Shown here piece after piece: positions 38,201-53,200 of a DNA stretch of 64,000 bases (positions are counted from its first letter, which is position 1; every line of letters begins with the position of its first letter). The translations under genes were made by a program, and so were the position numbers. The stretch is from positions 6,696,001 through 6,760,000 of the forward strand of contig OZ059896.1 of NCBI GenBank assembly GCA_964057225.1, written 5' to 3'. This DNA comes from Auanema rhodensis. Taxonomy: Eukaryota > Animalia > Nematoda. The notes below the pieces were generated by a model, which saw nothing but the letters and a program-made list of their open reading frames with translations, was not told the DNA's origin and did not search any database.

Positions 38201-41200
38201 CCTTTTTTCCGGAAACAGGAGAACTCGGAGCAAAATCTCACTAATTTTTTCAGATTCTACACATCTGAATACCCAACCTTAGACTATTTTAGTTTTATTT
38301 TAGTTGATGATCTTTGAGTAATTCGAACATTCACCGGGCACAACGTGACTACAGCCTGAACTTTTTTGTGAACAAATCTTGTGGATGGTGTCGATATAAA
38401 CCTTTTTTCCGGAAACAGGAGAACTCCGAGCGAAATCTTACTAAGATTTTCAGATTCTACACATCTGAATACCCAACCTTAGACTATTTTAGTTTTATTT
38501 TAGTTGATGATCTTTGAGTAATTCGAACATTCACCGGGCACAACGTGACTACAGCCTGAACTTTTTTGTGAACAAATCTTGTGGATGGTGTCGATATAAA
38601 CCTTTTTTCCGGAAACAGGAGAACTCCGAGCGAAATCTTACTAAGATTTTCAGATTCTACACATCTGAATACCCAACCTTAGACTATTTTAGTTTTATTT
38701 TAGTTGATGATCTTTGAGTAATTCGAACATTCACCGGGCACAACGTGACTACAGCCTGAACTTTTTTGTGAACAAATCTTGTGGATGGTGTCGATATAAA
38801 CCTTTTTTCCGGAAATAGGAGAAGTCCGAGCAAAATCTTACTAAAATTTTCAGATTCTACACATCTGAATACCCAACCTTAGACTATTTTAGTTTTATTT
38901 TAGTTGATGATCTTTGAGTAATTCGAACATTCACCGGGCACAACGTGCCTACAGCCTGAACTTTTTTGTGAACAAATCTTGTGGATGGTGTCGATATAAA
39001 CCTTTTTTCCGGAAACAGGAGAACTCGGAGCAAAATCTCACTAATTTTTTCAGATTCTACACATCTGAATACCCAACCTTAGACTATTTTAGTTTTATTT
39101 TAGTTGATGATCTTTGAGTAATTCGAACATTCACCGGGCACAACGTGACTACAGCCTGAACTTTTTTGTGAACAAATCTTGTGGATGGTGTCGATATAAA
39201 CCTTTTTTCCGGAAACAGGAGAACTCGGAGCAAAATCTGACTCGGAAATTCCGATTCTACACATTTGAATACCCAACCTCAAGGTGTTTTTGTTTTGTTT
39301 TAGTTGATGATCTTGGAGTAAATCGGGCATTTACCGGGCACAACGTGCCTACAGCCTGAACTTTTTCGTGAACAAATCTTGTGAATGGGATCGATATAAA
39401 CCTTTTTTTCGGAAACAGGAGAACTCGGAGCAAAATCTCACTAATTTTTTCAGATTCTACACATCTGAATACCCAACCTTAGACTATTTTAGTTTTATTT
39501 TAGTTGATGATCTTTGAGTAATTCGAACATTCACCGGGCACAACGTGCCTACAGCCTGAACTTTTTTGTGAACAAATCTTGTGGATGGTGTCGATATAAA
39601 CCTTTTTTCCGGAAACAGGAGAACTCGGAGCAAAATCTCACTAATTTTTTCAGATTCTACACATCTGAATACCCAACCTTAGACTATTTTAGTTTTATTT
39701 TAGTTGATGATCTTTGAGTAATTCGAACATTCACCGGGCACAACGTGACTACAGCCTGAACTTTTTTGTGAACAAATCTTGTGGATGGTGTCGATATAAA
39801 CCTTTTTTCCGGAAACAGGAGAACTCGGAGCAAAATCTCACTAATTTTTTCAGATTCTACACATCTGAATACCCAACCTTAGACTATTTTAGTTTTATTT
39901 TAGTTGATGATCTTTGAGTAATTCGAACATTCACCGGGCACAACGTGCCTACAGCCTGAACTTTTTTGTGAACAAATCTTGTGGATGGTGTCGATATAAA
40001 CCTTTTTTCCGGAAACAGGAGAACTCGGAGCAAAATCTCACTAATTTTTTCAGATTCTACACATCTGAATACCCAACCTTAGACTATTTTAGTTTTATTT
40101 TAGTTGATGATCTTTGAGTAATTCGAACATTCACCGGGCACAACGTGACTACAGCCTGAACTTTTTTGTGAACAAATCTTGTGGATGGTGTCGATATAAA
40201 CCTTTTTTCCGGAAACAGGAGAACTCGGAGCAAAATCTGACTCGGAAATTCCGATTCTACACATTTGAATACCCAACCTCAAGGTGTTTTTGTTTTGTTT
40301 TAGTTGATGATCTTGGAGTAAATCGGGCATTCACCGGGCACAACGTGACTACAGCCTGAACTTTTTTGTGAACAAATCTTGTGGATGGTGTCGATATAAA
40401 CCTTTTTTCCGGAAACAGGAGAACTCGGAGCAAAATCTCACTAATTTTTTCAGATTCTACACATCTGAATACCCAACCTTAGACTATTTTAGTTTTATTT
40501 TAGTTGATGATCTTGGAGTAAATCGCAGATTCAACGGGCACAACGTGCCTACCGCCTGAACTTTTTTGTGAACAAATCTTGTGGATGGTGTCGATCTAAA
40601 CCTTTTTTCCGGAAACAGGAGAACTCGGAGCAAAATCTCACTAATTTTTTCAGATTCTACACATCTGAATACCCAACCTTAGACTATTTTAGTGTTATTT
40701 TAGTTGATGATCTTTGAGTAATTCGAACATTCACCGGGCACAACGTGACTACAGCCTGAACTTTTTTGTGAACAAATCTTGTGGATGGTGTCGATATAAA
40801 CCTTTTTTCCGGAAGCAGGAGAACTCCGAGCAAAATCTTACTAAGATTTTCAGATTCTACACATCTGAATACCCAACCTTAGACTATTTTAGTTTTATTT
40901 TAGTTGATGATCTTTGAGTAATTCGAACATTCACCGGGCACAACGTGACTACAGCCTGAACTTTTTTGTGAACAAATCTTGTGGATGGTGTCGATATAAA
41001 CCTTTTTTCCGGAAACAGGAGAAGTCCGAGCAAAATCTTACTAAGATTTTCAGATTCTACACATCTGAATACCCAACCTTAGACTATTTTAGTTTTATTT
41101 TAGTTGATGATCTTTGAGTAATTCGAACATTCACCGGGCACAACGTGACTACAGCCTGAACTTTTTTGTGAACAAATCTTGTGGATGGTGTCGATCTAAA

Positions 41201-44200
41201 CCTTTTTTCCGGAAGCAGGAGAACTCCGAGCAAAATCTTACTAAGATTTTCAGATTCTACACATCTGAATACCCAACCTTAGACTATTTTAGTTTTATTT
41301 TAGTTGATGATCTTTGAGTAATTCGAACATTCACCGGGCACAACGTGACTACAGCCTGAACTTTTTTGTGAACAAATCTTGTGGATGGTGTCGATATAAA
41401 CCTTTTTTCCGGAAACAGGAGAAGTCCGAGCAAAATCTTACTAAGATTTTCAGATTCTACACATCTGAATACCCAACCTTAGACTATTTTAGTTTTATTT
41501 TAGTTGATGATCTTTGAGTAATTCGAACATTCACCGGGCACAACGTGACTACAGCCTGAACTTTTTTGTGAACAAATCTTGTGGATGGTGTCGATCTAAA
41601 CCTTTTTTCCGGAAGCAGGAGAACTCCGAGCAAAATCTTACTAAGATTTTCAGATTCTACACATCTGAATACCCAACCTTAGACTATTTTAGTTTTATTT
41701 TAGTTGATGATCTTTGAGTAATTCGAACATTCACCGGGCACAACGTGACTACAGCCTGAACTTTTTTGTGAACAAATCTTGTGGATGGTGTCGATATAAA
41801 CCTTTTTTCCGGAAACAGGAGAACTCCGAGCGAAATCTTACTAAGATTTTCAGATTCTACACATCTGAATACCCAACCTCAGACTATTTTAGTTTTATTT
41901 TAGTTGATGATCTTTGAGTAGTTCGAACATTCACCGGGCACAACGTACCTACAGCCTGAACTTTTTTGTGAACAAATCTTGTGGATGGTGTCGATATAAA
42001 CCTTTTTTCCGGAAACAGGAGAACTCAGAGCAAAATCTCACTAATTTTTTCAGATTCTACACATCTGAATACCCAACCTTAGACTATTTTAGTTTTATTT
42101 TAGTTGATGATCTTTGAGTAATTCGAACATTCACCGGGCACAACGTGACTACAGCCTGAACTTTTTTGTGAACAAATCTTGTGGATGGTGTCGATCTAAA
42201 CCTTTTTTCCGGAAACAGGAGAACTCAGAGCAAAATCTCACTAATTTTTTCAGATTCTACACATCTGAATACCCAACCTTAGACTATTTTAGTTTTATTT
42301 TAGTTGATGATCTTGGAGTAATTCGAACATTCACCGGGCACAACGTGACTACAGCCTGAACTTTTTTGTGAACAAATCTTGTGGATGGTGTCGATATAAA
42401 CCTTTTTTCCGGAAACAGGAGAACTCGGAGCAAAATCTCACTAATTTTTTCAGATTCTACACATCTGAATACCCAACCTTAGACTATTTTAGTTTTATTT
42501 TAGTTGATGATCTTGGAGTAATTCGAACATTCACCGGGCACAACGTGCCTACAGCCTGAACTTTTTTGTGAACAAATCTTGTGGATGGTGTCGATATAAA
42601 CCTTTTTTCCGGAAACAGGAGAACTCGGAGCAAAATCTCACTAATTTTTTCAGATTCTACACATCTGAATACCCAACCTTAGACTATTTTAGTTTTATTT
42701 TAGTTGATGATCTTGGAGTAAATCGCAGATTCAACGGGCACAACGTGCCTACCGCCTGAACTTTTTTGTGAACAAATCTTGTGGATGGTGTCGATCTAAA
42801 CCTTTTTTCCGGAAACAGGAGAACTCGGAGCAAAATCTCACTAATTTTTTCAGATTCTACACATCTGAATACCCAACCTTAGACTATTTTAGTTTTATTT
42901 TAGTTGATGATCTTGGAGTAATTCGAACATTCACCGGGCACAACGTGCCTACAGCCTGAACTTTTTTGTGAACAAATCTTGTGGATGGTGTCGATATAAA
43001 CCTTTTTTCCGGAAACAGGAGAACTCGGAGCAAAATCTCACTAATTTTTTCAGATTCTACACATCTGAATACCCAACCTTAGACTATTTTAGTTTTATTT
43101 TAGTTGATGATCTTGGAGTAATTCGAACATTCACCGGGCACAACGTGACTACAGCCTGAACTTTTTTGTGAACAAATCTTGTGGATGGTGTCGATATAAA
43201 CCTTTTTTCCGGAAACAGGAGAACTCGTAGCAAAATCTCACTAATTTTTTCAGATTCTACACATCTGAATACCCAACCTTAGACTATTTTAGTTTTATTT
43301 TAGTTGATGATCTTTGAGTAATTCGAACATTCACCGGGCACAACGTGCCTACCGCCTGAACTTTTTTGTGAACAAATCTTGTGGATGGTGTCGATCTAAA
43401 CCTTTTTTCCGGAAACAGGAGAACTCGGAGCAAAATCTCACTAATTTTTTCAGATCCTACACATCTGAATACCCAACCTTAGACTATTTTAGTTTTATTT
43501 TAGTTGATGATCTTGGAGTAATTCGAACATTCACCGGGCACAACGTGCCTACCGCCTGAACTTTTTTGTGAACAAATCTTGTGGATGGTGTCGATCTAAA
43601 CCTTTTTTCCGGAAACAGGAGAACTCGGAGCAAAATCTCACTAATTTTTTCAGATTCTACACATCTGAATACCCAACCTTAGACTATTTTAGTTTTATTT
43701 TAGTTGATGATCTTTGAGTAATTCGAACATTCACCGGGCACAACGTGACTACAGCCTGAACTTTTTTGTGAACAAATCTTGTGGATGGTGTCGATATAAA
43801 CCTTTTTTCCGGAAACAGGAGAACTCGGAGCAAAATCTCACTAATTTTTTCAGATTCTACACATCTGAATACCCAACCTTAGACTATTTTAGTTTTATTT
43901 TAGTTGATGATCTTGGAGTAATTCGAACATTCACCGGGCACAACGTGACTACAGCCTGAACTTTTTTGTGAACAAATCTTGTGGATGGTGTCGATATAAA
44001 CCTTTTTTCCGGAAACAGGAGAACTCGGAGCAAAATCTCACTAATTTTTTCAGATTCTACACATCTGAATACCCAACCTTAGACTATTTTAGTTTTATTT
44101 TAGTTGATGATCTTGGAGTAATTCGAACATTCACCGGGCACAACGTGACTACAGCCTGAACTTTTTTGTGAACAAATCTTGTGGATGGTGTCGATATAAA

Positions 44201-47200
44201 CCTTTTTTCCGGAAACAGGAGAACTCGGAGCAAAATCTCACTAATTTTTTCAGATTCTACACATCTGAATACCCAACCTTAGACTATTTTAGTTTTATTT
44301 TAGTTGATGATCTTGGAGTAAATCGCAGATTCAACGGGCACAACGTGCCTACCGCCTGAACTTTTTTGTGAACAAATCTTGTGGATGGTGTCGATATAAA
44401 CCTTTTTTCCGGAAACAGGAGAACTCGGAGCAAAATCTCACTAATTTTTTCAGATTCTACACATCTGAATACCCAACCTTAGACTATTTTAGTTTTATTT
44501 TAGTTGATGATCTTGGAGTAATTCGAACATTCACCGGGCACAACGTGACTACAGCCTGAACTTTTTTGTGAACAAATCTTGTGGATGGTGTCGATATAAA
44601 CCTTTTTTCCGGAAACAGGAGAACTCGGAGCAAAATCTCACTAATTTTTTCAGATTCTACACATCTGAATACCCAACCTTAGACTATTTTAGTTTTATTT
44701 TAGTTGATGATCTTTGAGTAATTCGAACATTCACCGGGCACAACGTGCCTACCGCCTGAACTTTTTTGTGAACAAATCTTGTGGATGGTGTCGATCTAAA
44801 CTTTTTCCGGAAACAGGAGAACTCGGAGCAAAATCTCACTAATTTTTTCAGATTCTACACATCTGAATACCCAACCTTAGACTATTTTAGTTTTATTTTA
44901 GTTGATGATCTTGGAGTAATTCGAACATTCACCGGGCACAACGTGACTACAGCCTGAACTTTTTTGTGAACAAATCTTGTGGATGGTGTCGATATAAACC
45001 TTTTTTCCGGAAACAGGAGAACTCGGAGCAAAATCTCACTAATTTTTTCAGATTCTACACATCTGAATACCCAACCTTAGACTATTTTAGTTTTATTTTA
45101 GTTGATGATCTTTGAGTAATTCGAACATTCACCGGGCACAACGTGCCTACCGCCTGAACTTTTTTGTGAACAAATCTTGTGGATGGTGTCGATATAAACC
45201 TTTTTTCCGGAAACAGGAGAACTCGGAGCAAAATCTCACTAATTTTTTCAGATTCTACACATCTGAATACCCAACCTTAGACTATTTTAGTTTTATTTTA
45301 GTTGATGATCTTTGAGTAATTCGAACATTCACCGGGCACAACGTGCCTACCGCCTGAACTTTTTTGTGAACAAATCTTGTGGATGGTGTCGATATAAACC
45401 TTTTTTCCGGAAACAGGAGAACTCGGAGCAAAATCTCACTAATTTTTTCAGATTCTACACATCTGAATACCCAACCTTAGACTATTTTAGTTTTATTTTA
45501 GTTGATGATCTTGGAGTAATTCGAACATTCACCGGGCACAACGTGACTACAGCCTGAACTTTTTTGTGAACAAATCTTGTGGATGGTGTCGATATAAACC
45601 TTTTTTCCGGAAACAGGAGAACTCGGAGCAAAATCTCACTAATTTTTTCAGATTCTACACATCTGAATACCCAACCTTAGACTATTTTAGTTTTATTTTA
45701 GTTGATGATCTTTGAGTAATTCGAACATTCACCGGGCACAACGTGCCTACCGCCTGAACTTTTTTGTGAACAAATCTTGTGGATGGTGTCGATCTAAACT
45801 TTTTCCGGAAACAGGAGAACTCGGAGCAAAATCTCACTAATTTTTTCAGATTCTACACATCTGAATACCCAACCTTAGACTATTTTAGTTTTATTTTAGT
45901 TGATGATCTTGGAGTAATTCGAACATTCACCGGGCACAACGTGCCTACCGCCTGAACTTTTTTGTGAACAAATCTTGTGGATGGTGTCGATATAAACCTT
46001 TTTTCCGGAAACAGGAGAACTCGGAGCAAAATCTTACTAATTTTTTCAGATTCTACACATCTGAATACCCAACCTTAGACTATTTTAGTTTTATTTTAGT
46101 TGATGATCTTTGAGTAATTCGAACATTCACCGGGCACAACGTGACTACAGCCTGAACTTTTTTGTGAACAAATCTTGTGGATGGTGTCGATATAAACCTT
46201 TTTTCCGGAAACAGGAGAACTCCGAGCGAAATCTTACTAAGATTTTCAGATTCTACACATCTGAATACCCAACCTTAGACTATTTTAGTTTTATTTTAGT
46301 TGATGATCTTGGAGTAATTCGAACATTCACCGGGCACAACGTGCCTACCGCCTGAACTTTTTTGTGAACAAATCTTGTGGATGGTGTCGATATAAACCTT
46401 TTTTCCGGAAACAGGAGAACTCGGAGCAAAATCTGACTCGGAAATTCCGATTCTACACATTTGAATACCCTACCTCAAGGTGTTTTTGTTTTGTTTTAGT
46501 TGATGATCTTGGAGTAAATCGGGCATTCACCGGGCACAACGTGACTACAGCCTGAACTTTTTTGTGAACAAATCTTGTGGATGGTGTCGATATAAACCTT
46601 TTTTCCGGAAACAGGAGAACTCGGAGCAAAATCTCACTAATTTTTTCAGATTCTACACATCTGAATACCCAACCTTAGACTATTTTAGTTTTATTTTAGT
46701 TGATGATCTTTGAGTAATTCGAACATTCACCGGGCACAACGTGACTACAGCCTGAACTTTTTTGTGAACAAATCTTGTGGATGGTGTCGATATAAACCTT
46801 TTTTCCGGAAACAGGAGAACTCCGAGCAAAATCTCACTAATTTTTTCAGATTCTACACATCTGAATACCCAACCTTAGACTATTTTAGTTTTATTTTAGT
46901 TGATGATCTTTGAGTAATTCGAACATTCACCGGGCACAACGTGACTACAGCCTGAACTTTTTTGTGAACAAATCTTGTGGATGGTGTCGATATAAACCTT
47001 TTTTCCGGAAACAGGAGAACTCGGAGCAAAATCTCACTAATTTTTTCAGATTCTACACATCTGAATACCCAACCTCAAGGTGTTTTTGTTTTGTTTTAGT
47101 TGATGATCTTTGAGTAATTCGAACATTCACCGGGCACAACGTGACTACAGCCTGAACTTTTTTGTGAACAAATCTTGTGGATGGTGTCGATATAAACCTT

Positions 47201-50200
47201 TTTTCCGGAAACAGGAGAACTCCGAGCAAAATCTTACTAAGATTTTCAGATTCTACACATCTGAATACCCAACCTCAGACTATTTTAGTTTTATTTTAGT
47301 TGATGATCTTTGAGTAATTCGAACATTCACCGGGCACAACGTGACTACAGCCTGAACTTTTTTGTGAACAAATCTTGTGGATGGTGTCGATATAAACCTT
47401 TTTTCCGGAAACAGGAGAACTCGGAGCAAAATCTGACTCGGAAATTCCGATTCTACACATTTGAATACCCAACCTCAAGGTGTTTTTGTTTTGTTTTAGT
47501 TGATGATCTTGGAGTAAATCGGGCATTTACCGGGCACAACGTGCCTACAGCCTGAACTTTTTCGTGAACAAATCTTGTGAATGGGATCGATATAAACCTT
47601 TTTTTCGGAAACAGGAGAACTCGGAGCAAAATCTCACTAATTTTTTCAGATTCTACACATCTGAATACCCAACCTTAGACTATTTTAGTTTTATTTTAGT
47701 TGATGATCTTTGAGTAATTCGAACATTCACCGGGCACAACGTGCCTACAGCCTGAACTTTTTTGTGAACAAATCTTGTGGATGGTGTCGATATAAACCTT
47801 TTTTCCGGAAACAGGAGAACTCGGAGCAAAATCTCACTAATTTTTTCAGATTCTACACATCTGAATACCCAACCTTAGACTATTTTAGTTTTATTTTAGT
47901 TGATGATCTTTGAGTAATTCGAACATTCACCGGGCACAACGTGCCTACAGCCTGAACTTTTTTGTGAACAAATCTTGTGGATGGTGTCGATATAAACCTT
48001 TTTTCCGGAAACAGGAGAACTCGGAGCAAAATCTCACTAATTTTTTCAGATTCTACACATCTGAATACCCAACCTTAGACTATTTTAGTTTTATTTTAGT
48101 TGATGATCTTTGAGTAATTCGAACATTCACCGGGCACAACGTGACTACAGCCTGAACTTTTTTGTGAACAAATCTTGTGGATGGTGTCGATATAAACCTT
48201 TTTTCCGGAAACAGGAGAACTCGGAGCAAAATCTGACTCGGAAATTCCGATTCTACACATTTGAATACCCAACCTCAAGGTGTTTTTGTTTTGTTTTAGT
48301 TGATGATCTTGGAGTAAATCGGGCATTCACCGGGCACAACGTGACTACAGCCTGAACTTTTTTGTGAACAAATCTTGTGGATGGTGTCGATATAAACCTT
48401 TTTTCCGGAAACAGGAGAACTCCGAGCGAAATCTTACTAAGATTTTCAGATTCTACACATCTGAATACCCAACCTCAGACTATTTTAGTTTTATTTTAGT
48501 TGATGATCTTTGAGTAATTCGAACATTCACCGGGCACAACGTGACTACAGCCTGAACTTTTTTGTGAACAAATCTTGTGGATGGTGTCGATATAAACCTT
48601 TTTTCCGGAAACAGGAGAACTCGGAGCAAAATCTCACTAATTTTTTCAGATTCTACACATCTGAATACCCAACCTTAGACTATTTTAGTTTTATTTTAGT
48701 TGATGATCTTTGAGTAATTCGAACATTCACCGGGCACAACGTGCCTACAGCCTGAACTTTTTTGTGAACAAATCTTGTGGATGGTGTCGATATAAACCTT
48801 TTTTCCGGAAACAGGAGAACTCGGAGGAAAATCTCACTAATTTTTTCAGATTCTACACATCTGAATACCCAACCTTAGACTATTTTAGTTTTATTTTAGT
48901 TGATGATCTTTGAGTAATTCGAACATTCACCGGGCACAACGTGACTACAGCCTGAACTTTTTTGTGAACAAATCTTGTGGATGGTGTCGATATAAACCTT
49001 TTTTCCGGAAACAGGAGAACTCGGAGGAAAATCTCACTAATTTTTTCAGATTCTACACATCTGAATACCCAACCTTAGACTATTTTAGTTTTATTTTAGT
49101 TGATGATCTTTGAGTAATTCGAACATTCACCGGGCACAACGTGACTACAGCCTGAACTTTTTTGTGAACAAATCTTGTGGATGGTGTCGATATAAACCTT
49201 TTTTCCGGAAACAGGAGAACTCGGAGGAAAATCTCACTAATTTTTTCAGATTCTACACATCTGAATACCCAACCTTAGACTATTTTAGTTTTATTTTAGT
49301 TGATGATCTTTGAGTAATTCGAACATTCACCGGGCACAACGTGACTACAGCCTGAACTTTTTTGTGAACAAATCTTGTGGATGGTGTCGATATAAACCTT
49401 TTTTCCGGAAACAGGAGAACTCGGAGGAAAATCTCACTAATTTTTTCAGATTCTACACATCTGAATACCCAACCTTAGACTATTTTAGTTTTATTTTAGT
49501 TGATGATCTTTGAGTAATTCGAACATTCACCGGGCACAACGTGACTACAGCCTGAACTTTTTTGTGAACAAATCTTGTGGATGGTGTCGATATAAACCTT
49601 TTTTCCGGAAACAGGAGAACTCGGAGGAAAATCTCACTAATTTTTTCAGATTCTACACATCTGAATACCCAACCTTAGACTATTTTAGTTTTATTTTAGT
49701 TGATGATCTTTGAGTAATTCGAACATTCACCGGGCACAACGTGACTACAGCCTGAACTTTTTTGTGAACAAATCTTGTGGATGGTGTCGATATAAACCTT
49801 TTTTCCGGAAACAGGAGAACTCGGAGGAAAATCTCACTAATTTTTTCAGATTCTACACATCTGAATACCCAACCTTAGACTATTTTAGTTTTATTTTAGT
49901 TGATGATCTTTGAGTAATTCGAACATTCACCGGGCACAACGTGACTACAGCCTGAACTTTTTTGTGAACAAATCTTGTGGATGGTGTCGATATAAACCTT
50001 TTTTCCGGAAACAGGAGAACTCGGAGGAAAATCTCACTAATTTTTTCAGATTCTACACATCTGAATACCCAACCTTAGACTATTTTAGTTTTATTTTAGT
50101 TGATGATCTTTGAGTAATTCGAACATTCACCGGGCACAACGTGACTACAGCCTGAACTTTTTTGTGAACAAATCTTGTGGATGGTGTCGATATAAACCTT

Positions 50201-53200
50201 TTTTCCGGAAACAGGAGAACTCGGAGGAAAATCTCACTAATTTTTTCAGATTCTACACATCTGAATACCCAACCTTAGACTATTTTAGTTTTATTTTAGT
50301 TGATGATCTTTGAGTAATTCGAACATTCACCGGGCACAACGTGACTACAGCCTGAACTTTTTTGTGAACAAATCTTGTGGATGGTGTCGATATAAACCTT
50401 TTTTCCGGAAACAGGAGAACTCGGAGGAAAATCTCACTAATTTTTTCAGATTCTACACATCTGAATACCCAACCTTAGACTATTTTAGTTTTATTTTAGT
50501 TGATGATCTTTGAGTAATTCGAACATTCACCGGGCACAACGTGACTACAGCCTGAACTTTTTTGTGAACAAATCTTGTGGATGGTGTCGATATAAACCTT
50601 TTTTCCGGAAACAGGAGAACTCCGAGCAAAATCTTACTAAGATTTTCAGATTCTACACATCTGAATACCCAACCTTAGACTATTTTAGTTTTATTTTAGT
50701 TGATGATCTTTGAGTAATTCGAACATTCACCGGGCACAACGTGACTACAGCCTGAACTTTTTTGTGAACAAATCTTGTGGATGGTGTCGATATAAACCTT
50801 TTTTCCGGAAACAGGAGAAGTCCGAGCAAAATCTTACTAAGATTTTCAGATTCTACACATCTGAATACCCAACCTTAGACTATTTTAGTTTTATTTTAGT
50901 TGATGATCTTTGAGTAATTCGAACATTCACCGGGCACAACGTGACTACAGCCTGAACTTTTTTGTGAACAAATCTTGTGGATGGTGTCGATCTAAACCTT
51001 TTTTCCGGAAGCAGGAGAACTCCGAGCAAAATCTTACTAAGATTTTCAGATTCTACACATCTGAATACCCAACCTTAGACTATTTTAGTTTTATTTTAGT
51101 TGATGATCTTTGAGTAATTCGAACATTCACCGGGCACAACGTGACTACAGCCTGAACTTTTTTGTGAACAAATCTTGTGGATGGTGTCGATATAAACCTT
51201 TTTTCCGGAAACAGGAGAAGTCCGAGCAAAATCTTACTAAGATTTTCAGATTCTACACATCTGAATACCCAACCTTAGACTATTTTAGTTTTATTTTAGT
51301 TGATGATCTTTGAGTAATTCGAACATTCACCGGGCACAACGTGACTACAGCCTGAACTTTTTTGTGAACAAATCTTGTGGATGGTGTCGATATAAACCTT
51401 TTTTCCGGAAACAGGAGAACTCCGAGCGAAATCTTACTAAGATTTTCAGATTCTACACATCTGAATACCCAACCTTAGACTATTTTAGTTTTATTTTAGT
51501 TGATGATCTTTGAGTAAATCGCAGATTCAACGGGCACAACGTGACTACAGCCTGAACTTTTTTGTGAACAAATCTTGTGGATGGTGTCGATATAAACCTT
51601 TTTTCCGGAAACAGGAGAACTCGGAGCAAAATCTCACTAATTTTTTCAGATTCTACACATCTGAATACCCAACCTTAGACTATTTTAGTTTTATTTTAGT
51701 TGATGATCTTGGAGTAATTCGAACATTCACCGGGCACAACGTGCCTACAGCCTGAACTTTTTTGTGAACAAATACTGTGGATGGTGTCGATATAAACCTT
51801 TTTTCCGGAAATAGGAAAACTCCGAGCGAAATCTTACTAAGATTTTCAGATTCTACACATCTGAATACCCAACCTTAGACTATTTTAGTTTTATTTTAGT
51901 TGATGATCTTCGAGTAATTCGAACATTCACCGGGCACAACGTGACTACAGCCTGAACTTTTTTGTGAACAAATCCTGTGGATGGTGTCGATCTAAACCTT
52001 TTTTCCGGAAGCAGGAGAACTCCGAGCAAAATCTTACTAAGATTTTCAGATTCTACACATCTGAATACCCAACCTTAGACTATTTTAGTTTTATTTTAGT
52101 TGATGATCTTCGAGTAATTCGAACATTCACCGGGCACAACGTGACTACAGCCTGAACTTTTTTGTGAACAAATCCTGTGGATGGTGTCGATCTAAACCTT
52201 TTTTCCGGAAACAGGAGAACTCGGAGCAAAATCTCACTAATTTTTTCAGATTCTACACATCTGAATACCCAACCTTAGACTATTTTAGTTTTATTTTAGT
52301 TGATGATCTTTGAGTAATTCGAACATTCACCGGGCACAACGTGACTACAGCCTGAACTTTTTTGTGAACAAATCTTGTGGATGGTGTCGATATAAACCTT
52401 TTTTCCGGAAACAGGAGAACTCGGAGCAAAATCTCACTAATTTTTTCAGATTCTACACATCTGAATACCCAACCTTAGACTATTTTAGTTTTATTTTAGT
52501 TGATGATCTTTGAGTAAATCGCAGATTCAACGGGCACAACGTGCCTACAGCCTGAACTTTTTTGTGAACAAATCTTGTGGATGGTGTCGATATAAACCTT
52601 TTTTCCGGAAACAGGAGAACTCGGAGCAAAATCTCACTAATTTTTTCAGATTCTACACATCTGAATACCCAACCTTAGACTATTTTAGTTTTATTTTAGT
52701 TGATGATCTTTGAGTAATTCGAACATTCACCGGGCACAACGTGACTACAGCCTGAACTTTTTTGTGAACAAATCTTGTGGATGGTGTCGATATAAACCTT
52801 TTTTCCGGAAACAGGAGAACTCGGAGCAAAATCTCACTAATTTTTTCAGATTCTACACATCTGAATACCCAACCTTAGACTATTTTAGTTTTATTTTAGT
52901 TGATGATCTTTGAGTAATTCGAACATTCACCGGGCTCAACGTGACTACAGCCTGAACTTTTTTGTGAACAAATCTTGTGGATGGTGTCGATATAAACCTT
53001 TTTTCCGGAAACAGGAGAACTCGGAGCAAAATCTCACTAATTTTTTCAGATTCTACACATCTGAATACCCAACCTTAGACTATTTTAGTTTTATTTTAGT
53101 TGATGATCTTTGAGTAATTCGAACATTCACCGGGCTCAACGTGACTACAGCCTGAACTTTTTTGTGAACAAATCTTGTGGATGGTGTCGATATAAACCTT

